This document shows, piece after piece, positions 37,556 through 49,779 of a stretch of DNA of 64,000 nt; the stretch's first letter is position 1; each line of letters begins with the position of its first letter. Origin of the DNA: Octopus bimaculoides (taxonomy: Eukaryota). The notes below the pieces were generated by a model, which did no database searches, was not told the origin of the DNA, and saw only the letters and a list, made by a program, of their open reading frames with translations. The stretch covers positions 9,417,946-9,481,945 of the forward strand of contig NC_068986.1 of NCBI RefSeq assembly GCF_001194135.2. Reading direction: 5' to 3'. The translations under genes and the position numbers were made by a program.

Positions 37556-37570
37556 GAATGACTGCAGACG
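37556..37570 (+). CDS. Microexon 15 (15 nt), GMTAD
   Basis: GCTAAC branch-like site, pyrimidine tract, tgCAG acceptor, CG|GTGAGT donor, TGCATG at 37587-37592. Joins in frame to the exon at 43536. Confidence 0.75.
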
Positions 37571-39132
37571 GTGAGTAAATGACTCCTGCATGACGCCTTT
37601 ACCATTATTGCTTTTTTTACCATTTCTATTGCCCCTGATATTTTTATTCTTGCTATTTGTTGTTGTGTGTTTTGTTTAACCCTGCTCCTGTCATCTGTTT
37701 CAATTCCATTGTTGCTTATTATTAAAAGTCATTGTTAACACAATGCTTAACTGTTTCATTATGTATTAAAGGAATTATCCACAGGATCAGGGTTGACATA
37801 TAAAGTCGCTGTTCAAGTCTGATATTGTAAAATATCTAAATATTCTGGTTGTCAAATATTCTATTGTTGCATGTTAATGTTGTCATTGTAATTCTGTTTT
37901 ATTTATTCAATTTATTTTATTTTATTTACCATTTTATTGCTTGATTTATTTATATAGCCAGAATCACAAACATTGCTCTTCTTTTAACTTCTATTTTTCA
38001 ATATTTTTTTAAAAATTTTTACATTCAAAATAAGTCTTTAATATATTTTTTTCATGACTTTCTCACAGTAGTTTTCCTACTTTTTGTGAAGAAGCAGACC
38101 TGATTCCATTTCTTGTTTTAATTTCCCACTTTAGACTTTATGGCAAATAGAACAATACACTTGATACGTCACTACAAAATACATAAGGACTATGTGCCTC
38201 ATTGCTTGGTTTGTTAGGTTTTTTTTTTAATTAAAATAATCTTGGACAAATTTGTTTTTGAGATTTCCCATACTCCATCTTTTTGGAAGTTTTCCTGGTA
38301 TGTTATTTTAACTATTGGGGTGACAGCACTAAGCAGTGATGTGTTTAAATACAAACAATAGTAAATTATAATGGTGTACTTCAATTTGACCAGCCGTATA
38401 CTTCAAGGATGCCTACAGGAATTTCCAATGATATAATTCAGTTTCTTTAAATAAGATAAGTTAAATAAGTCCGGTTTCTTTTATCAATCAGATTCCTATT
38501 AACGATAATGATATTTATGTCGTTTACTATTTACAATTCTTCATAATTATGAACTCTTTGTTCATTACACTCAAAATCATTGATAAAGTAATTTGATGCA
38601 AAATAATTATTGAGTGACTAATTAACTTGTTAATCACTATGCTAGTGTGATGCCTGTTATATGAATTAAGCATATTTACCCTAATATGCTATGTAAGATT
38701 AAAACCATACCATGTTATTTGAGTAGTTCTATTTAGAATAACATTTAAAAGTCAACCATTGTTATGTATACTTGGAAATATTTCCATTTTGGAGTACATT
38801 AAGTGTTCAGAATGGCTTATCAGTGAGTAGAATAACATTTTTTTAAAACTCCTCAAAACGAACCCTAAACCTTACTTTCATAAGGTTTCACTTCATAATC
38901 TCCCTTCATTTTTATTAGGGATACCAAAGGATTCTTATATTGACATCACTTGAGTTGTGTTCAGGTCTTCATTGCTATCAAATATTATTTTAATATTGTT
39001 ACTTTATTATTATTGAATGATATCTTAATAGTTTTTGTGAAATAGTGTTTAGTCTTTTGTTAATAATAATGTCCATTTCAAAAATTGGATTACCAACATT
39101 GTACAATGGAATCATAGCTATTTACAGTGTAT

Positions 39133-39236
<104 letters not shown>

Positions 39237-40503
39237 ACGTATATGGTAGTATAAGTCTTTGATAGTAGTATATGCTATGTAGCAAACACTCTTCAACTAT
39301 ATTCTGCTACCAGTCTTTGATATAAAATGTAATTCCTTGTCTGACCAAAGAAGAGATTCTTCCAACTCTACAAGAACCTAGTTTTAAGTTCTGTGCTATT
39401 TATTCTGTGTGTGTGTGTGTGTGTGTGTGTGTAGAAAGGTGATTGATTGCGTTTTTGATGTGACTTACACATATTGATTCCATAAACTACATGATGTCTC
39501 CTGATAACATTAAATGGATGGGAAACAAATGTCAGTAGCTAGCTTGAAACAATCTTATATTTCCAGCCAAGCGGAGTTCTGACTACAACAAAGTTAAACA
39601 ATAGAAACTTGCAATCAATTTGCTAAGTAATGCAGTAATTTAAGTGCCAGCATCTGATTCATTCAGCAATTCAACTTTGTTACCAAGATGGCCATCACTT
39701 TTATCTGGAAAAGAAATTTGTTGCTTTTGATGATGAATGTTCACTTGTTCTTGATTGAATTTGTGTCTAATTGGCTATTTCAGACATGTGCTCTCTGAAT
39801 GTAATTCTGAGACAAAATCAGCATGACGTAGTGTGTTATCAGTCTCCCCTTTGAATTACATGTCTAATCCACCCAGCAGGCTTCTGTACACTTTCCCCTC
39901 AACCCAGTTTCATTCACAAGATTTGGGCTGACCTGAGGCTCTAGAAAATGATATTTGCCCAAGATGCCAAATACTGGGATTGAACTGCTGGCTTTGTAGT
40001 TTGTAAGCCATGCTGCATCTACACTTACATGCATACATGATAGGTAGCTGCATTCTTATCACACACACACACGATAGGTAGGTGTAAAAGAAAGAGCATA
40101 AAATGGTTAATGTTTTGCTATTCTCAATGTTCGTTATGCATGAATGTTGTCGATGTTCTCACTTGGCGCCATTTAATGACATTCTTGTGTTATTCTTCAG
40201 ATATGTGTGTTTTGTTTTAATTCTTTGTTTTTATTTTTGTCAATGATTCTCTTTGATGTCTTGGCATGAGTTAGCATTATTATTATTATTATTATTATTT
40301 TCAGTTTGACAATCAATGCTGTCATTCAATTTAGTCTTGAAATTATCTGAGAAAAAGCGATTCCCTAATTAATTGTATCCAAATTGGTTTGGGGGAATAA
40401 TGTCAAGTTGTCTTTATATCAGACACATTAAAAGTATTCCATTAAAAATTTTCTGAAGATTTTGTCATATTTAGGAGGAGACAAAGTACTGACCAGATTA
40501 TAA

Positions 40504-40544
<41 letters not shown>

Positions 40545-40554
40545 NNNNNNNNNN

Positions 40555-40593
<39 letters not shown>

Positions 40594-42122
40594 TTATAGC
40601 ATATTCTATTAAGAATGTAGTAGAATTCAATATAAAGTGCTCGTTCACCTTCAGATTTCCTCCTGTGTTATCCAGTAGTAGTTGTATTATACGTACTTCC
40701 AGGTTTGTGTTTGGGTATCTGTCATGTGTGACTAGGTAATTGCAAAAATTGGAGACATTTTTTTTTTACTTTTTCAATCACTACAATTGTTTCCATGCAA
40801 TATAATTCTCCAGATGCAGGTATTTAATTATGCAACTGTTTCCCTGCATTATGTGATCTAGTTGTGTAAATATTGTCTCCATAAGTTTCAATTATATTTT
40901 TAAAATTATATGGTATTCTTTGAAATCTACAATACTGAATATTTAGTATGACCAGTTTCTTTATGAATTCTTCTGTTGAGGAATAATTCATTTGGTGGGA
41001 ATATGATAATTAAAATTTCCGTTTGACAATCATGTTTACAACTTTGCCTCAATCAATAAATTGTAATTTACGTTGCATCAGGTGTACAGTCACTGGATTA
41101 GTATAGATAAACGTCTAAATATACAGTTTTTCATAAACCCATATTTGACCAGATCTAAATCTGAATTAATACAACTATTGTTGTTGTTCTATCATTTGAT
41201 TTGAATAAAATGAATCGGTGCTAATTTTAAAATAACCTAAAAATATGGAGGCCAAAGACAACAGGGAAAAGAAATGCCAACGAATCATAGCCATCTGCCA
41301 GTTCTTCTGTTCTTACTCGTTCCTACTCAGCTTGTGCATTTTTTCATGTGGCACCCTGATACCTCATCACCACTATTTTATTTCTTTCCAACTAACCTCC
41401 TACCCTCCCCAATCACCCTCTCTCTCTCTTCTATAGTGGGATTAGCCATGTAACTCCTATACAGCCAGAAACCTTTTGTTCTGGCCCCTTTCTTCTCGTC
41501 TCCTAACATAGAGCTGCCTCCTCAATCTACTGTACTCCCACTCACTTGAAGGAAGTGTTATTCTTGCAAGTTGCATGGTGACTGACTGCACTGCTGATGG
41601 TGTCATGTAAAAAGCACCCAGTACACTCTGTAGAGTGATTGGCATTAGGAAGAGCCTCCAGCTATAGAAACCATGCCAAAACAGACATCGGAGCACTATG
41701 CAGTTCTTAGAGCTGTTGTATCCATCCAACCCATGCTAAATGGAAGTGGATGGATATTAAAAGATGATGATAAGAACAAATGGCTCTTCAGATTAACTGG
41801 TGCTCCATTGGTTACAATGACAACAAGAGTTCCAGTTGATCCAATCAGTGGAACAGCCTGCTTGTGAAATTCAGGTGCAAACAAATGGATGAACACCACA
41901 GAGATAGGCACACCCTTAGCATAGTTCTCAGGGGGAGACAACATGGCACAGAATGCGACTAGGCTGGTCCCTTTGAATTACAGGTACTACTCGTTTTTGC
42001 CAGCTGAGCAGCATGAAATAAAGTGTCTTGCTCAAGGACACATGTTACCTGGAATCAAACTCACAACCTTGCAACCATTAGCCAAATACCCTAACCACTA
42101 AGCCATGCATTTTCAGATAAGT

Positions 42123-42159
<37 letters not shown>

Positions 42160-43535
42160 ATGTAATAGGTTTACATTTTACATAAGCATGAAGTACACAC
42201 ATAGAAGGCAGATGAGAGAGAGATGACTTTAGATGGAATAAACAATCTATTTTGGAAGTAATCATTAACAACAGTAATATTCTTTGTTAGTAGAGCTGAA
42301 CCTTCATTCAAACGTTTTGATTATAGCTTTGGTTGTTTTTGAATGATGAGAGGAGGTTCTAATCTTCTTATGATCTTTAAATATTAGAATCTGTTATTAG
42401 TTTGATATTAGAAACCCTCCTTAAGAGAATTAATTAGTTTAACACTACATGATTGAGAGATTGTTTTAATTAGATGATTAGTAGTGGAATGGTAAGGTGG
42501 GGAGTCAATGAAATGGCTCAATAAAAAATCTCTTCAAATTCCTTCAGACAATCCTTTTGTTAGTCTTTGTTTCTCTCAAGTAAACTTTGAACTCTCCAAT
42601 TCCATCCACTTTGTGGCTATTTCTCCACAGTATTTTCTTTTATTATAGACTTGTACCAAAACCAATGAATAAATTCTTGTGAGAAATCTTTGCACTTTCG
42701 TACCCTTTTCCAAAATTTATTCATAAGAAATGCTCTCAATGTCAAATAACTGAACACGTTTTAAAATATGTGAAAATGTTCTCCAATTTTTTTTTTTTTT
42801 TTTTTACAAAGTCAGTTTTATTGCATTCTAAGTTATTTGTTTGCATGCTTATGCATCCACATGTGAATCTACATGTGCATGTGATCCCACATGTGTATGT
42901 GTTCATATAGAAACGCAAATACATTTAAAATGTTAATTATTCTCAAGACATAATCTTTCCTTTTCATTTTGCTTTCTATATACGCACAACTGAAGTATGT
43001 ATAATATATGTATTAATTTCTTTTATTTAATAATAATGATAATAATAATACATTACGGAATTCTATATAATATATTGATATATTTCATTTAATACAATTA
43101 CTGCTGCTAATAATAATAATAATAATAATGATTTCTTTTGAGGAAGTTAACGTTATACCATTGTGTGCTTATAGATATAAAGAATGTCACAAATTCTCAG
43201 GAATAAAATCAATTTTTCTTCTCATGGAAACCTTTTAACAGATCTAACATAGCTTACAGATTGGACAAAAATAAAATTATTGCCAGCCAGCAAATATCAT
43301 TTAATCTAAAATTTATTTATTTTTTTTTCAATGTAATTTGATATTGATAAATTTAAATAATTATTATATTTTTTAAAAAATCAATATTTTTTTCTATTTC
43401 TTTATAGAAATACATAAAATTATTCTTGTTATAATTTAAAAGAAAAAGAAGTTTTTTCAGACGTTTCAATCCAGATGAAGCTGATTCTGTTGGTCCATTT
43501 TATACTATTTTTAATGAATGAAAATTTATTTTCAG

Positions 43536-43644
43536 GTTTACCCAAAATAGACAATCGACCTAAGGATGAGATTCTCCGGGAAAAGATGTTGCACATATTG
43601 GAATCTGCTTATCCCAACATTTTGGCAGTTGAAGATATCTGCCG
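43536..43644 (+). CDS. Conventional exon, start of winged-helix-like segment (GLPKIDNRPKDEILREKMLHILESAYPNILAVEDICR)
   Basis: ttttCAG acceptor, CG|GTGAGT donor. Phase 1 to phase 2, matching the next exon. Confidence 0.9.
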
Positions 43645-44239
43645 GTGAGTTTATTCCAAATGTATATTTAGTTTGGTTTTCAACTGATGTCTTTTAGTTT
43701 AGCAAGGTGGAATATTTTCTTTAAAATGGAACTGATTTCATACAGTACAGGACCCAAATTCATAATTTAGTCTTCATTAGTTGTAGTTTGTTGCTTCATT
43801 AGCATAGGTTAATGAACATTTGTTCATTTTCCTCTCTCTTTCACATTCATCATTCAAATCTATTTCGCCAAACTTTCTAAGGATCTCAGATATTCTTTGG
43901 CACATCTTTGTAATGGAAACTGTTACTTAGAACTTGTTATGTATCTAGGACTGTCCTACCTCGTAATGTACTAATGACCATCACTTTCTCCACAAACTCT
44001 CAAGTTTGCATTTGATATTAATCAATAACAAGTTCATTCTTAAATGAACCTTGTCTGTCTTGCTAATTTACTGATTATTCTAACCGTTTTATTATCCAGG
44101 AATCAACAACTCTGTTTTAGCTTTTTCTGCAGTTGAGGAATATTTATCTCTGCTAGAATTCTTTTATTATTCGACTATATTTCACCTATGTGTCATACAG
44201 CACCATACAATAATACACACAACTCCCTTATTGCTCCTC

Positions 44240-44288
<49 letters not shown>

Positions 44289-45592
44289 ATACTGAGTATA
44301 TATATAAATGCTGTTTAAAGATGTTTAACTTTTTTTCTGTTAGTGTTTTGCTTCTAAGACTGATTTGTTCCAAAGTCACTAACCTTAAATCTTCTATGAG
44401 GTTTATACAATTAGTCATCTGTCAATAATTACAGACAGATGGCTAATTGATTGGATAATTTATGAAGTTTTTGTTGCATCAAAGTGATTTGAATCTTCAA
44501 ACTCCAAAAGTTTTAAAATCTTGCCATTTCATCTGCCAACCATCTCTGATAACAGGCAGCAATTCTTCTGATAATCTCCTCAATGATGTCAAAATCCTTT
44601 TGCTCAGTCATTAATTGTACCTGGGGGCCATCAGTAGAAATAATCAATGTAGTGAATGATAATTATTACTGTCTTACTGCCATGGAATCAGCCAACCTTC
44701 ATTATTCTACCACCTCTCACTGCTACTTCTGTCTTTCATTGTTCACAGATGTTATTTATTCAGTGAAAATGAGTTTCAAGATATTTTAATAACAGTTGTA
44801 CTGTTTCCTGTTCAGTGTTTAACATGTATTAATACATATGATTATTTAGTTAAATCTCATCTTCTCAGTTGGAAAATAAAGACTTGACTTCTTCAACACC
44901 ATTCTGACAGTCTTTAGCAACTCTCTACAGTGCCATATTCTATGTATAAGACATTTCTCTCAGTTCACCTTCCACCATTCCAAGCCAAATGTGCCTCCTG
45001 CCATCCCTCCTCCTTTTACTCTCCAAGCTTTGATTTTCCCAATCAGTGTCCATCTTAATGCTATCTTTGGTATCTTGTCTCAATGTGTGAAGACCAAACA
45101 ATCTGAGCTCCTGGTTTTTTTCTTCTTTGAATTGTCACATTTATTCTAACAGCTGTTCAATTGATATTTTATAAAACCAGAAAAGGCAGCAGATATTCCT
45201 TCTCTGGCAAAATATAGTTCTTATTCTTGTTTCCTTTTATCATTTGCCACCATTAAAACAGACTTGGTATTACTGCTATAGAATCCAGTCTTACTCCTGA
45301 CACTGGAATGCTTAGAATTCCAGATCAACTGAAGTCTTGCCAATGTACCAAGACTTTGGGTTAACCCTTACTTAGATGTCCTTTTTTTTGCATTCTTGAC
45401 TTTGCCAAAATAGCTTCCTTAATATTTTAGTCTTTTGGGTAACCATTGGCAGTGATAGGTACCCGACTGGAACCTATGTATCTATCATGAGTTTTATTAA
45501 TTCTGAAATTGCAAAATTATAAAATTTTCTTCTGGTATACTGATTCTTTGCTATATTTCTTGGAATGCCCTCTTATTTTATATACCTTCATA

Positions 45593-45626
<34 letters not shown>

Positions 45627-45984
45627 CATGTGTGTGTGGAGGTATGCATGTTCCATAGTGTTAATGTGTATGTCAGGGCCTGTGGTTTCCGGCATGTTAA
45701 TGTGTTTTTTAGTAAGTAGGGAGGAAGACAGTATCACGAGAACATAAAAGAAATGGCCATGTTCAGTATGCAGAAAGGATTCTATAGAAATGCTCTAAGA
45801 TGTACCCAATGAAAACAATGGGCACACAAGAGGGGTGATAGGATCCCCTGCAGGCTAACAGAGATGGTAGAGTTCATATGCAGCTGATGCACCAAGGCAA
45901 TAAGCCTTAGAAGTGCTCAGGAAATAAATTTTCTTAAATTCCCAGATGACTCCCTAAAAATAATTAATAGGTTTTTATTTTTTA

Positions 45985-46175
45985 TCCAGGTGACCAAATT
46001 AGCAGTGGAGGTAATTGTTCTGAAAGTGTGGTAGCTAGAATATAAGCTCTAGAAAGCTTAGGGGTCTATTACCTCTGCTGGCAGCAAAAAGCTTATTCTT
46101 CAAGGTCAAGGTCTGATTGTAAGATGTTTGTGTGTAGTGTTGCACGATAGCAAGATGTGGGCCTTAGATGTGGAA
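45985..46175 (+). mobile_element. RTE-type LINE fragment, degenerate
   Basis: GDQISSGGNCSESVVARI..LRGLLPLL-like sequence with stops. Boundaries are approximate. Confidence 0.55.
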
Positions 46176-47518
46176 TACCAGATTGGCAGCTGCGCTTGCA
46201 TTCACGTTTTCTCTCTTCATGATACACATGTTTATCTAAGAGTAAGGCTGCCAACAGGTTCAGTTTGGCACCAGTAATGTCAAAGGCACTACTCTCAGAA
46301 CAAAACAGCCAGAAGAGACACTGCAAGGCATCATTTTTCCTCCCACAACCTTGGGTTTGCCCCATTTTTATTGACCCCTTAAAGGATGAAAGACAAGTTA
46401 TCTTTAGTTTGATTTGATCCCAGAATACCACAAGGTATTCTATGTAAATGACTGAGCCACTGCATGGACTCAGTCAATTAGATGCCTTCGTACATGAGTG
46501 TCAAGTTTAATAACCCAGGTTCACTGGCCATCTTGGGCTGATATTTATTTGTGCTTCTGTGAAAAAGGCAAAACAAAGGAAATGGAAACCAACAGAATAT
46601 GGACCCTGGAAATCTTCACAACTGGAAATACAAATTCTTGAGAGGGTATTTAGTGTATGCTATCACATAAATAAAACTTTATACAAACAGCATCATCTGC
46701 TCATTACATGTTAGAGAGAGAGAGAGAGATGTTAAAACAGTTTGATATCTGTTGTGCTGGTGCCACATAAAAAGGCATTGGTGATAGTGCCATATAAAAA
46801 GCACCCATTACATTCTGTAAAGTGGGTGGCATTAAGAAGGGCATCTGGCTGTAGAAACCAAGTCAAAACAGACTATGGAACCTGGTGCAGCTCCTGTCGA
46901 GCTGTCCAACCCATGCCAGCATGGAAAACAGATGTTAAATGATGAAGATGATGTGTAATTAAAAGTTGTGTGAACTCTGTCATAATGCCGAGGATGTTGA
47001 CCTTCCATAGAAATATCAGCAACATAAATTAGTCAGTAGTTTTAATGCATTTATAATCTTAAACACATGAAAATAAGTTTCTTGTCTGCTAGTATTTCAT
47101 GGCTTAAATATCACAACCGATATGTCCTTTTGCCACATTGTCTGATCCACTTCATGTCATGACCCTTTTGGGGGTCAGAAGCTTGGATTTTCTACTTCAA
47201 AATTAGAGCTTGTCAAAAATGAGATGTTGAATAACCAACTTTGTGTTGTGTAGTGATTTTCATTACTTTCCTGGTTTATTATTTTATAGAATAGAATAGG
47301 AGCAAATCAGAAATACTACCATACTGACAAATATTAAATATCAGCTCTAAGTTTTTACTTTAAGTTCTACCATCAAATTTTGGGCCCAGGTGGAAGAAAA
47401 GTCCTTCTGGACTCACTATAATTAAGTACAAGTTATATACCAGAGTTTGGTTGGTTTCATTCCCCACCACGCCCTAAAAATGTAATATTGTCTCTAACGA
47501 ACTGTTGTTAATTTCTAG

Positions 47519-47637
47519 AATTACTGCTGCTGATGAAGTAATGGTCCGTGAACAACTGAAAGAACTCCATACACGCAATTTGGTCACAGAAATGGAGCAG
47601 GGTGGATTCATGAGACATGTATTAGACGAGAAATCAG
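47519..47637 (+). CDS. Conventional exon, winged-helix-like segment (ITAADEVMVREQLKELHTRNLVTEMEQGGFMRHVLDEKS)
   Basis: CTAAC branch motif and ttcTAG acceptor. In frame with the flanking exons. The donor CAG|GTTACA is weak, so the 3' boundary is less certain. Confidence 0.85.
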
Positions 47638-48293
47638 GTTACAATTTGATTTTTATGTTATACAACTTTAAACAACAACTTTACAGGACTTTTCTTTTTC
47701 CTTTTAATTGTAAGATAAATATTTTTGGAATTAATTATCTTATNNNNNNNNNNNNNNNNNNNNNNNNNNNNNNNNNNNNNNNNNNNNNNNNNNNNNNNNN
47801 NNNNNNNNNNNNNNNNNNNNNNNNNNNNNNNNNNNNNNNNNNNNNNNNNNNNNNNNNNNNNNNNNNNNNNNNNNNNNNNNNNNNNNNNNNNNNNNNNNNN
47901 NNNNNNNNNNNNNNNNNNNNNNNNNNNNNNNNNNNNNNNNNNNNNNNNNNNNNNNNNNNNNNNNNNNNNNNNNNNNNNNNNNNNNNNNNNNNNNNNNNNN
48001 NNNNNNNNNNNNNNNNNNNNNNNNNNNNNNNNNNNNNNNNNNNNNNNNNNNNNNNNNNNNNNNNNNNNNNNNNNNNNNNNNNNNNNNNNNNNNNNNNNNN
48101 NNNNNNNNNNNNNNNAGATAAGAAAAATAATGAGATTTGTGAAAAATAAATTGTCAACATTTTACAATGTTTAATACACATACAAACATTCTAATCACCA
48201 TCGTATCAATTTATCTGTGGCAATCTTTATACTCAATGTGGATGTAGTGTTAGAATGTTGTATTACTGATTATCTCGTATAAAAAACCACAGG

Positions 48294-48640
48294 AATGGCT
48301 GTGTGGTAAGTAGCTTGCTTACCAACCACATGGTTCTGGGTTCAGTCCCACTGCCTGGCACCTTGGGCAAGTGTCTTCTACTACAACCTCAGGCCGACCA
48401 AAGCCTTGTGAGTGGATTTAGTAGACTGAAACTGAAAGAAGCCTGTCATATATGTATGTGTGTGTCTGTATTTGTCCCCCTAACATCACTTGACAACCGA
48501 TGCTGGTATGTTTATGTCCCCATAACTTAGCAGTTCAGCAAAAGATACTGATAGAATAAGTCCTTGGGTCAGTTTGCTTGACTAAAGGCAGTGTTCCAGC
48601 ATGGCTACAGTCAAATGACTGAGGCAAGTAAAAGAATAAA
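48294..48640 (+). mobile_element. tRNA-derived SINE family B, complete copy
   Basis: Head ggctgtgtggtaagtagcttgc, tail gcagtgttccagcatggctacagtcaaatgactgag. Confidence 0.88.
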
Positions 48641-49635
48641 AGTATATCATTAGCAGATGAGAATCGTCTTGCATGCGTGAGAGAACTGCTAGATCACATG
48701 ATTTCAGCATACATGTGCTTCATCAAGAGCAAGCATTTACTGACTACATGCCAGCAAAATTCCACCACCAATGATGTTGAAAAATAGTGACTGTTCAATC
48801 ACTGATGTCACAAATAATGAGCAGGCTCTTTAAAAATAGGTATCAGTGACAGCAGCACTATTAATATTGAATGATACACACACACATGCACGCACACACA
48901 CACACACACGTTTGTGTGAGTATAAAATTTAGATTATGCTGTAGAAGCATCTCTAGAATAAAATCTTTATCTATATAACATAATTAATGTATGTGAATTG
49001 TTAAGAAACCAGAAGCCGCAGTTTTTGTGTGCAAATAATCATTTCATAGATATATTGTATTAAACAACACTATATACATCATTGCTAAAACGAAATTTGC
49101 CCAGAAGTGACCATGAGAGTGACAGATGTGCATTTCACTATCGTTACAGCTTGTCAATGTTCTCTGTACTTGTGTCACTTTCAGAACAAGATAGAATCAA
49201 CCAGTCTGAAGAGACAATGTATAAACTATGCATTGGTTTGTGAGAATGCTGCATTAGCTGACCATAATGCTTCCCACTCATCACTTTTTGCTAATTGTTA
49301 TTAGTTAATATTTCCTTAATTTAGGTGGCAAGATGGCAGAATTGTTACTTTACCAGACAAAATGCTTAGTGGCATTTCTTCCAATTTTGCATTTTGAGCT
49401 CAAATTCTGCCAAGGTCAACTTTGCCTTTTGTCTTTTTGAGATTGATAAAATAAGTACCAGTTAAGTACTGGGTCCATGTTATCAACTTATCCCCTCCCT
49501 TGAAATTGCTGGCCTTGTACCAATATTTCCTTAACTTTCTACAACCTTTGTCATATTTATTCATTCTTTCATTGGAAAGAGATTCTTGTGTTTGTTGTAA
49601 ATTCTCACACCATGCTTTCATGGATTCTCTTGTAG

Positions 49636-49779
49636 AGGTACAACTTGTAAAACAGATGCCAACGATTGCTGCCAACCAACAGCCAACCATTGCTATCATC
49701 ACTGCAATGTATTACGAAAAACTTGCTGTTGATGCTATGATGGAAAACAAGACAACATACATGAAGTATAAAACAGAAG
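49636..49779 (+). CDS. Conventional exon, start of nucleoside phosphorylase domain (EVQLVKQMPTIAANQQPTIAIITAMYYEKLAVDAMMENKTTYMKYKTE)
   Basis: cttgTAG acceptor, AAG|GTCTGT donor, 144 nt. 'IAIITA..E..A' matches the PNP_UDP first strand and helix. Confidence 0.9.

Noticed and set aside
43580-47620. Winged-helix segment as a Z-alpha (Z-RNA-binding) domain
   Set aside because: The recognition helix reads VREQLKEL and lacks the N-x-x-x-Y of Z-alpha. The wing has no conserved P-P/W.
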